DNA of 32,000 nt from positions 30,001 through 62,000 of the forward strand of contig NZ_OZ017288.1 of the NCBI RefSeq assembly GCF_963967315.1, read 5' to 3'. Source of the stretch: Candidatus Minimicrobia sp. QA0096. Lineage in GTDB: Bacteria > Patescibacteriota > Saccharimonadia > Saccharimonadales > Saccharimonadaceae. A program made the translations under genes and the position numbers. Every line of letters begins with the position of its first letter. The first letter of the stretch is position 1. Below, piece after piece: positions 7,448 through 15,037 of this stretch. A model generated the notes under the pieces. The model searched no databases and had not been told where the DNA came from. It saw only the letters and a list, made by a program, of their open reading frames with translations.

Positions 7448-8732
7448 TTCGGTCGCCAAAAATCGTCAATCTATCGCTCAGCCGGTTCGAAGTCATCGAC
7501 CGATGTATCAGATTGTGCTTTATATGGGACTTTTGCTGCTACTTGGGCTGATTGTTATGTATGCGCTGGGGCCGCAACGCGCTAATGTGATGAATTATGC
7601 TTACGGCACGAATTATAGCGATACGTATTTCTTTGGTAAGCAGCTGACGAGTGTGTTTATTGCTGTCGTGGCTTTTTCTGCGTTTTATTTTACGCCGTAC
7701 AAATGGTTTATTGGCGAGAGATCAAAATACATTCTTTACGCTGGATTTGCGCTATGTATTTTACTATTTCTCTCGGGCGCGGTACTTCATTTGTCGTTTG
7801 CGCAAGAAACTAACGGTGCGTATCGATGGTTTCAATTGGGCGTATTAGGAAGTTTCCAGCCGTCAGAATTGCTCAAATATGGTGTGCTATTGTTTTTGGC
7901 GGGATTTTTAGGGCGTCGGTCGCAACAGGGAAAATTAAACGACATCCAAGAAACTATTATTCCGCTGGGCATTATTTCCGGCTTGTCGCTGCTGATGATT
8001 GTGTTTTTGCAAAAAGACTTGGGAACAGGAATTTCGTTGATAGCGATTATCTTATCAATGATTTTAGTGGCTGGAATTGATTGGAAGATTTTCAAGAAGA
8101 TTCTGGCAATCGTTGCACTTTGTGGTTTGGTGATGATTTTTACATCGCCGCACCGAATTGAGCGCGTGATGACTTTCGTGCAAGGCGATAACCACAAAGG
8201 GACGAGCAGTCAGGAGAACAAGAATTATCACATTCAGCAGGCCAGGATTGCGATTGGTTCTGGCGGGCTTCTGGGGCTTGGAATTGGTAAAAGCGTTCAG
8301 GCGACAGGATATCTTCCAGAAGCGACTAACGACTCAATTTTTGCCGTCATGGGAGAAACGTTTGGTTTTGTTGGCTTAATGGCTATATTGGCGCTATTTA
8401 CAGCATTATTATTGTCAATTTTGCACGTAGCCGCGAGACTTCCAAACGTGACGTTGCGGTTAATTGTGGCGGGAATTTTTGGCTGGATTGCTTCTCACGT
8501 GATACTGAATATCGCCGCAATGACAGGGCTGGCGCCGCTTACTGGAATTCCATTGCCGTTATTAAGTTATGGTGGCACAAGCATGTTGTTTATCGCGGCA
8601 GCGCTGGGTTTAGTTTTCCAAATTTCCAAATATACGTCACATAAAGCATTAGAGGAGGGTGAAAGTGGCCAAGATCTTAGCGGTCGGCGGCGGCTCAGGC
8701 GGACACGTTACGCCAGTGGTAGCCGTATTTAG
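7440..8732 (+). CDS. ftsW: SEDS-family peptidoglycan glycosyltransferase FtsW
   Basis: About 10 TM helices and the QPSELLKYGVLLFLAGFL motif (PSE-x-x-K), in the slot between mraY and murG. TTG 7440 overlaps the mraY stop, and ATG 7503 is an alternative start. Confidence 0.9.
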   Translation: MRNSVAKNRQSIAQPVRSHRPMYQIVLYMGLLLLLGLIVMYALGPQRANVMNYAYGTNYSDTYFFGKQLTSVFIAVVAFSAFYFTPYKWFIGERSKYILYAGFALCILLFLSGAVLHLSFAQETNGAYRWFQLGVLGSFQPSELLKYGVLLFLAGFLGRRSQQGKLNDIQETIIPLGIISGLSLLMIVFLQKDLGTGISLIAIILSMILVAGIDWKIFKKILAIVALCGLVMIFTSPHRIERVMTFVQGDNHKGTSSQENKNYHIQQARIAIGSGGLLGLGIGKSVQATGYLPEATNDSIFAVMGETFGFVGLMAILALFTALLLSILHVAARLPNVTLRLIVAGIFGWIASHVILNIAAMTGLAPLTGIPLPLLSYGGTSMLFIAAALGLVFQISKYTSHKALEEGESGQDLSGRRRLRRTRYASGSRI

Positions 8733-9828
8733 AGAATTACAGAAAACTGGTGATCACGAGCTTCGTTTTTGGTGCGATAAAAAATTTGGCGCCAGCGCAC
8801 GCGGGATTTTTGCTAAGTTCGACGAGAATATTCCGGTCGATTTGATTATTGCTGGAAAATTACGCCGATATCACGGAAAAAGTATCTCATTTCATCTACA
8901 TCCGTCGATTTTATTTCCAAATTTGCGCGACGGTTTTAAGGTGGTGGTTGGATTTTTCCAGAGTTTATTTAAGCTTATGAAGTGGCGTCCAGATGTTATT
9001 TTCATCAAGGGCGGATATGTTTGTTTGCCAGTTGGCTATGCGGCTCGGCTATTAAGAATTCCGTTGGTTTTGCATGATTCTGACGCGCATCCAGGTTTGA
9101 CGAATCGCTTGTTGAGTCCCTTCGCGAAAGCTATCGGCACGGGCGCGCCGCTTGAATATTACAATTATCCACCGGAAAAAGCTTCATATGTTGGCATTCC
9201 AGTTGCGCCAGAATTCCATCCATATTCTGAGGCTGAGAGGAAAGAACTGAAGGAAAAATTAGGCTTTAACGTCAATAAACCGCTAGTTGTTATTACTGGC
9301 GGTGGACTCGGAGCCGGGCGAATTAATTCCGCGATTGTAGCAATTAGGGAAAACCTGCTTTCTGAGGCTTCGGTATTTTTGATATCAGGAAATCAGCAAT
9401 ATGAAGAAATTCTCAAGCAAACCGACGAGCGGGAGGGCTGGCGATTGCAGGCGTTTGTTCACAACGGAATGGCGGAAGTTTTGGCGGCGGCGGATATAGT
9501 CGTGACCAGGGCAGGGGCAACCACTCTTTTGGAATTGGCGGCGCTACATAAACCGACAATCATCATCCCTAACGGCCATTTGACAGGCGGGCATCAATTG
9601 AAGAATGCTAAGGTTTATCAAGATGCGTTGGCGGCGTTGATCGTCTCCGAAGACGAGTTGGATAAGGACAACCAAATCTTGGCACGAAAAATAATTGGCG
9701 TATTAAAATCTCAGAAAATTCTTAAAGGTCTGGGTGATAACTTCGGTAAATTTGCCAAGCCAAACGCGGCTAAAGATATGGCGAAGATTATTCTTACTAC
9801 AGTGCGAAGGCAGGGTAGGCGAAAGTGA
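8659..9828 (+). CDS. murG: UDP-N-acetylglucosamine--N-acetylmuramyl-(pentapeptide) pyrophosphoryl-undecaprenol GlcNAc transferase MurG
   Basis: N-terminal GGGSGGHVTP glycine loop and a GT28 two-domain layout. The gene overlaps the 3' end of ftsW by 74 nt (68 nt if GTG 8665 is the start). Confidence 0.9.
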   Translation: MKVAKILAVGGGSGGHVTPVVAVFRELQKTGDHELRFWCDKKFGASARGIFAKFDENIPVDLIIAGKLRRYHGKSISFHLHPSILFPNLRDGFKVVVGFFQSLFKLMKWRPDVIFIKGGYVCLPVGYAARLLRIPLVLHDSDAHPGLTNRLLSPFAKAIGTGAPLEYYNYPPEKASYVGIPVAPEFHPYSEAERKELKEKLGFNVNKPLVVITGGGLGAGRINSAIVAIRENLLSEASVFLISGNQQYEEILKQTDEREGWRLQAFVHNGMAEVLAAADIVVTRAGATTLLELAALHKPTIIIPNGHLTGGHQLKNAKVYQDALAALIVSEDELDKDNQILARKIIGVLKSQKILKGLGDNFGKFAKPNAAKDMAKIILTTVRRQGRRK

Positions 9829-10739
9829 AATTCCCCTTCTCTAAGAAAAAATCGGACGAGAATCTAAGTCGTCGAGAAATCGCGGCGCGTCGTCGAACTG
9901 AGAATTACGAGAATTTGCCCGCCCAATCATATCGTCGGAACAGGACGCTTAATAGTCGCCAAACATCCTCTCCTTTGGAGACTTCTGAAAGACTCGAGAC
10001 TCATGAATTGGTGAAAAAACGTCGCCGTGTAATGCGGAAAATGTTTGCGACTGCGGTAAGTCTGCTTATTGTGATATTTCTTTTGTTTCAATTGACAATC
10101 AATATTTCAATCCAAACTCCCGACGCAAAGAGTTCCAGTAGCGCTAATAAATACGTGGGCGTTCTTAATGAATATTACAGCGCTCATCCAGCGGAGAGGT
10201 TTCGGTTCTTCCTCAATAATAATGACCTAAAGCAATTCTTTTTACAGAAAGCTCCTGAGGTAAAAAATATTCGCGTGGAGGGAGATTTTCTAGCGCGATC
10301 AGCCGTTAAGTTGACGTTTAGGCAGCCTGTGGCTCAGTGGTCTTCCGGGGATAAGATTTATTTTGTTGATGATAGCGGTGTTACTTTTGAGCAGAATTAT
10401 TTTGCCGCGCCTACGGTTGCTGTTCGTGATGAGAGTGGCCTGCCGACTAGAGGTGGTCAAGAAGTTATCAATCGTCAATTCTTGAGCTTTCTTGGTCAAG
10501 CTGTGTCTGAATTTTCGCAACATAAAATGAATGTTTCAGAGGTTATTCTGCCAGCTAATACTGTACGCCAAGTTTGGTTTAAGGTCGAGGGCAGGGAAAC
10601 TCAGATCCGTATGACGGTGGATAGGTCTGCTCAAGCTCAGGTTAAACAGGTGATAGCTACTTTGAATTATTTGGATAATAACGGCGCGAAGCCAGGGTAT
10701 ATAGACGTCAGGGTAGATCAGAGGTCGTTCTATAAGTAG
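9825..10739 (+). CDS. ftsQ: FtsQ/DivIB-like cell-division protein
   Basis: Basic N-terminus, a single TM (ATAVSLLIVIFLLFQL) and a POTRA-like extracellular part. The GTG start overlaps the murG stop (GTGA). The call rests mainly on synteny and topology. Confidence 0.65.
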   Translation: MKFPFSKKKSDENLSRREIAARRRTENYENLPAQSYRRNRTLNSRQTSSPLETSERLETHELVKKRRRVMRKMFATAVSLLIVIFLLFQLTINISIQTPDAKSSSSANKYVGVLNEYYSAHPAERFRFFLNNNDLKQFFLQKAPEVKNIRVEGDFLARSAVKLTFRQPVAQWSSGDKIYFVDDSGVTFEQNYFAAPTVAVRDESGLPTRGGQEVINRQFLSFLGQAVSEFSQHKMNVSEVILPANTVRQVWFKVEGRETQIRMTVDRSAQAQVKQVIATLNYLDNNGAKPGYIDVRVDQRSFYK

Positions 10740-11625
10740 GGCGATCAACTTCTCTTCTGGATAGAGTAAGTTCTCTTTTTGTTCTATTTCTGTATGACGT
10801 AGAGAATATATACAACAATATAAAAATATGCAAAAGTCAAATAATTACAAAATGATAAGCTAGGGGAGTAGGGCAATAAAAATATAAAAATGTCAAATAA
10901 TATAAAATACGTTGTGGAAAACTTAACGAGCTTACGGCGCGCATACTCAGAGTTTATATTGATGTAAAAATATCAATGTAGCACTCCAGTATGTGTAGTG
11001 CTGGAATTAAAAATATTTTTTTTAAGTTCGTATTTTGTTGGTGTATATTTTTATAAAAGACAGCATGTTTTATGAAGTTGTATACAATAGAGAATCCCCT
11101 AGTCAAATTACTGGAAAAAGTTCGTTTTATAAGGTGTTATCGGATATATAGAGACATATGTATATTCACCTTTGTATGACATTTATTATTACGTAAAAGG
11201 TACATTGTGCGACATTAAAACTATATCTAAAACACGACTATTCCATCGTCTTTCTTCGCGATAAATTTATCTCATTTTCACCAAATCAACCTACTTGTCG
11301 TTTATCGTTTTATAAATCGCCCTATTTGCTGGCTTAGTGTGTTTTATGTTGTATGTTGGTTTATCTGCATTGGCTCGGATTTATAATTTATGTTTGTATC
11401 ACGCAAAATTTATCAATATAAATACTCAGCCGGATTCGTCTTTATATATGCTTAAAAATGACTAATAATTAGTTCGTATTTTGTTCTATTGTTTTTTAAT
11501 TGCTAATTTTGTGAAAGAGCTTGGGTGATTCTGTGCTTAATTATTTCACTGTTCCATTCGCCCGCCTTAAATCGCAGTAGGGGCATACCCCTGCCTTATT
11601 TTGATTGTTGGTAAAATGTGCCTTA

Positions 11626-11656
11626 TCAAAAAAGGCACCTCATTTTTGAGGTGCCT
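11626..11656 (-). terminator. Intrinsic terminator of the RHH gene
   Basis: Perfect 10-bp stem AGGCACCTCA (11633-11642) / TGAGGTGCCT (11647-11656) with a 4-nt loop. Read on the minus strand it is followed by a run of six T. Confidence 0.8.
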
Positions 11657-11700
11657 ATACAACAACGACTGCAAATTACAACAATCGCCCAGCCATAATA

Positions 11701-11892
11701 CTACTTTTTAAGCGATTGCTCAAGGCGGTAGTTTATCTCACCAGTTATGCTGCGACCGTTCTCTGCGGCTAGCACAACTAAGCGTTCATACACTTCCTGC
11801 TTAATTCGTACATTATAAACTGGCGTAGATATCTCAACCTTAGACTTGATAATCTTTCCATTCTTTTTTACAATTTGATTTACTATTGGCAT
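11701..11892 (-). CDS. Ribbon-helix-helix (Arc/CopG/MetJ-type) DNA-binding protein, 63 aa
   Basis: SD GGAGG lies 5 nt before ATG 11892. The C-terminal YNVRIKQEVYERLVVLAAENGRSITGEINYRLEQSL fits the beta-strand/helix/helix RHH pattern, and the gene has its own terminator. Confidence 0.7.
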   Translation of the reverse strand: MPIVNQIVKKNGKIIKSKVEISTPVYNVRIKQEVYERLVVLAAENGRSITGEINYRLEQSLKK

Positions 11893-12129
11893 ATTCGCCT
11901 CCTTTTTTATGAGGATACCTTAGCGCCAAGCGAGGCGTTAAGTTTATATTTTTATTATCTCTTTGGGTTTGCGATTCATTATAATATGGCGTATCCTCTA
12001 ATTGTTAATGTGCCTCGCCTGAGTGCTTCTATTATAGCAAAGTTGCACTCATAATGTAATCATTTTGCATGCATTTTATGTAAAATTTATCCTGAAAATG
12101 ATAATTTACCATATGGCGTCGCCGTACAT

Positions 12130-12161
12130 AAATAAAACCCGCCCCCATTTTCAGAGGGCGG
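12130..12161 (-). terminator. Minus-strand hairpin plus T-run between the CRISPR array and the RHH gene
   Basis: CCGCCC (12139-12144) / GGGCGG (12156-12161). Read on the minus strand the stem is followed by GTTTTATTTAT. Confidence 0.4.
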
Positions 12162-12287
12162 AAAGGCCACATGGATGTTTAAACCATGCGTTTGCAGTTT
12201 ATCACTATTTTTTAGATTCCGCAATATGCTTAAATATACAATAAAATAAGGCGTACCGCTTTCCGAGACCAGACCCGGGTGTCTTTG

Positions 12288-13774
12288 GTTATAGTTCCCT
12301 AACAATTTAGATATTGATATAATATTACGCCGGACGGGGGAAGAACACCAGCGTTATAGTTCCCTAACAATTTAGATATTGATATAATAAATCCGCTAAT
12401 CATGCAGTGAAAATGGATGTTATAGTTCCCTAACAATTTAGATATTGATATAATTTCACCATCAGCCTTTATATAAGCAGTGCGGTTATAGTTCCCTAAC
12501 AATTTAGATATTGATATAATTATAGAGTCATCAGTTGCTAAGGAGGCTCTGTTATAGTTCCCTAACAATTTAGATATTGATATAATGTCGCGTTCGTTAC
12601 GTTGTTGCGATAAAGGGTTATAGTTCCCTAACAATTTAGATATTGATATAATTACGCCCCTCTCTGTTAGGCTACGTGTTTAGTTATAGTTCCCTAACAA
12701 TTTAGATATTGATATAATGGTACGTTACCGCTCGTAGCGGAAAATATAGTTATAGTTCCCTAACAATTTAGATATTGATATAATTCAGAAATCTCTATAA
12801 TCATATGCCTCCTTGTTATAGTTCCCTAACAATTTAGATATTGATATAATTCAGAAATCTCTATAATCATATGCCTCCTTGTTATAGTTCCCTAACAATT
12901 TAGATATTGATATAATGTTGGTCAATCAAGATAATCGATCCACTAGGTTATAGTTCCCTAACAATTTAGATATTGATATAATCAGAATCGAATACATATT
13001 CTTTCTGAGTAAGTTATAGTTCCCTAACAATTTAGATATTGATATAATAGTCGTAAAGTCTATACTGTGCGACGAAAGGTTATAGTTCCCTAACAATTTA
13101 GATATTGATATAATTATGATAGCTAACACAAATAGCACTATGAAGTTATAGTTCCCTAACAATTTAGATATTGATATAATTATGATAGCTAACACAAATA
13201 GCACTATGAAGTTATAGTTCCCTAACAATTTAGATATTGATATAATTTGGATGTGTATCTCAAAAAGGCACGAGAGGTTATAGTTCCCTAACAATTTAGA
13301 TATTGATATAATGGTGCTATTAAGATCCCGTCACCAGGTTCGGTTATAGTTCCCTAACAATTTAGATATTGATATAATCGTCATCAAGATATTGCATATT
13401 TGAAAAGCGTTATAGTTCCCTAACAATTTAGATATTGATATAATTTACCCATCACGCCACTATCATTGATAAGGGTTATAGTTCCCTAACAATTTAGATA
13501 TTGATATAATTACGCCGCCTTTACAACAGCAAACGCCTTAGTTATAGTTCCCTAACAATTTAGATATTGATATAATCTGTGAGGCGAGGTAAACGCCGTC
13601 AGCCTGGTTATAGTTCCCTAACAATTTAGATATTGATATAATTTTTTTCGTATATAAAATAGTCATTGCTACGTTATAGTTCCCTAACAATTTAGATATT
13701 GATATAATAAAACTTACACACGCGTTCGTCTTTACTCGGTTATAGTTCCCTAACAATTTAGATATTGATATAAT
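12288..13774 (+). CRISPR. CRISPR array, 23 repeats / 22 spacers (type II-C)
   Basis: 23 identical 36-nt repeats GTTATAGTTCCCTAACAATTTAGATATTGATATAAT (first 12288-12323, last 13739-13774). Spacer 1 is 29 nt and all others are 30 nt, so the period is 66 nt. The + strand is assigned from tracrRNA complementarity and wobbles, the repeat-internal TGATATAAT box, and the downstream terminator. Confidence 0.98.
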
Positions 13775-13782
13775 ACTTCCTT

Positions 13783-13812
13783 AAATCCCCCTCTGTTACG
13801 AGGGGGATTTTT
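13783..13812 (+). terminator. Terminator after the last repeat, also between convergent cas2 and the array
   Basis: Perfect 11-bp stem AAATCCCCCTC (13783-13793) / GAGGGGGATTT (13800-13810) with loop TGTTAC. The T-run is on the + strand only. Confidence 0.7.
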
Positions 13813-13814
13813 GG

Positions 13815-14138
13815 TTAGAAAAATGCTAATTGCCCAGCTGGAACGGACTTTTCTTGGGTGGTTTTTTCGCCAACAATAACGTGCATGTGTGTAAATTGAT
13901 GCTCTGTTAAATAAAGCAATCGCACCGAGCCGCTGTCCGGGGCGTGCCTCTTAATTCGCATCATATGTTTTTCTGCAACGTCACGATTTGGACATAGCCG
14001 TGTATATATGCTGTATTGAAGCATGTCAAAGCCATCATCCAATAAGAATTTACGGAACTGTGCGGTGGCCTTGCGCTCTGTTTTGGTATTGGTCGGCAAA
14101 TCAAAGAATACTGCGACCCTCATAAGTTTGTATGACAT
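13815..14138 (-). CDS. cas2: CRISPR-associated endoribonuclease Cas2
   Basis: 107 aa. The N-terminal MRVAVFFDLPT...QYSIYTRL fits the type II Cas2 ferredoxin fold pattern. It is adjacent to cas1 (5-nt gap) and to the array. Confidence 0.9.
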   Translation of the reverse strand: MSYKLMRVAVFFDLPTNTKTERKATAQFRKFLLDDGFDMLQYSIYTRLCPNRDVAEKHMMRIKRHAPDSGSVRLLYLTEHQFTHMHVIVGEKTTQEKSVPAGQLAFF

Positions 14139-14143
14139 CCCTT

Positions 14144-15037
14144 TTACTGGAGGACGATTTTTGGTAGAAGAAGCTTATCTGCCTCCTTTGTCTCTATACA
14201 TTCAATAAAGCTCTCAACTGTTCGCTCAACCGAATGTCTCACGGTAAACTTCTTACCGTTCATTATAACATAATAATTTAATATGTCAATAATAAGTTGG
14301 CGATCATGCTTAGTGAGGCTGGCATCGCGGTCGCCGACATGAAGTGGCGCAACTTTTTCTAAGATATATAAATCGACAGCGGCACGGTACGGCTCAATTA
14401 GATCGTCAGCCAGGTTAAAGCTGTTAAGCTCATTGTGGTGAAATAGCCCCTGTGAGGCAACTAGTCCGCGAGCAGCAATATGTCTGGCAATGTGACTTCG
14501 CACCATAGCGTAGCCATAGTTTAATGCGGCATTGTGCCAGATTGGCTTGCGGCGTGTGGCGTCGCCCAGTATTTGGTCGAAATAGATTCTGGCGGCAATT
14601 GACTCGCGATTGCTGGTGTCGCCCGATTTAACATCGTTAGCTAAAGACCGCAAAGTGGAATCGTCTAGCCCGCGAGATCGCAAGACGTCTGCTTGATTTG
14701 TGATTTTACTGATAATAATTTGTTGCCATAGTTGCTTTTTTAATGGTTGGCTCATGGACAATTGTTGACGCGAAACTTTGGCTTGGCGCGAATGTTGTGA
14801 ATATGGTAGAAGTACGCTGGCAGGTAAATGCTTTTCGTCGCATATTACAGTGGTTGTTCCTTTTGTAGCTAATGCTGTCAGCAAATTTGTCGTGATAGTT
14901 GATCCGTAATTGTCTAAAATTAAGGCGTCAATATCTTCAATTGGAAGAGTCGATTCCATTTCCTGTGCAATTACTAGTTGATTATCACGCACGCTAAGCC
15001 GCGCAGGATTTTCGATAGCTACGACGCGCCAAGCCAT
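14144..15037 (-). CDS. cas1: CRISPR-associated integrase Cas1 (type II)
   Basis: 297 aa starting MAWRVVAIENPARLSVRDNQLVI, with the catalytic region ALNYGYAMVRSHIA...FHHNELNSFNLADDLIEPYR. The ATG directly abuts the cas9 stop. Confidence 0.92.
   Translation of the reverse strand: MAWRVVAIENPARLSVRDNQLVIAQEMESTLPIEDIDALILDNYGSTITTNLLTALATKGTTTVICDEKHLPASVLLPYSQHSRQAKVSRQQLSMSQPLKKQLWQQIIISKITNQADVLRSRGLDDSTLRSLANDVKSGDTSNRESIAARIYFDQILGDATRRKPIWHNAALNYGYAMVRSHIARHIAARGLVASQGLFHHNELNSFNLADDLIEPYRAAVDLYILEKVAPLHVGDRDASLTKHDRQLIIDILNYYVIMNGKKFTVRHSVERTVESFIECIETKEADKLLLPKIVLQ

Noticed and set aside
8659-8732. The 74-nt ftsW/murG overlap might indicate a frameshift, a sequencing error or a fused gene.
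   Set aside because: Both frames are intact and each protein has complete family hallmarks. Alternative murG starts shorten the overlap only slightly. Overlapping junctions are the norm across this cluster.
11091-11102. The exact 12-mer AGAATCCCCTAG occurs at 11091-11102 and at 18802-18813 (the start of candidate sRNA unit 1), possibly marking direct repeats at the borders of the CRISPR island or a fifth sRNA unit.
   Set aside because: A single 12-mer match is expected by chance many times in a 32-kb window counting both strands. The left copy has no matching -35 module and no downstream GGGGATT terminator arm.
12324-13540. Three spacers begin with (T)TACGCC: S1 ATTACGCC.., S6 TACGCCCC.., S19 TACGCCGCC... 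This might reflect an acquisition or PAM-related motif.
   Set aside because: Only two share the exact offset, and my chance estimate for that among 20 unique spacers is a few percent. The rest of these spacers are unrelated. The type II PAM would flank the other (3') end in the inferred orientation.
12087-13756. Minus-strand ORFs of 72-122 aa (12087-12305, 12299-12634, 12926-13294, 13538-13756) with the recurring peptide ISISKLLGNYN.
   Set aside because: They are simply translations of the CRISPR repeat read in frame across repeat-spacer units. The periodic identical peptide and the absence of SDs show they are artefacts.
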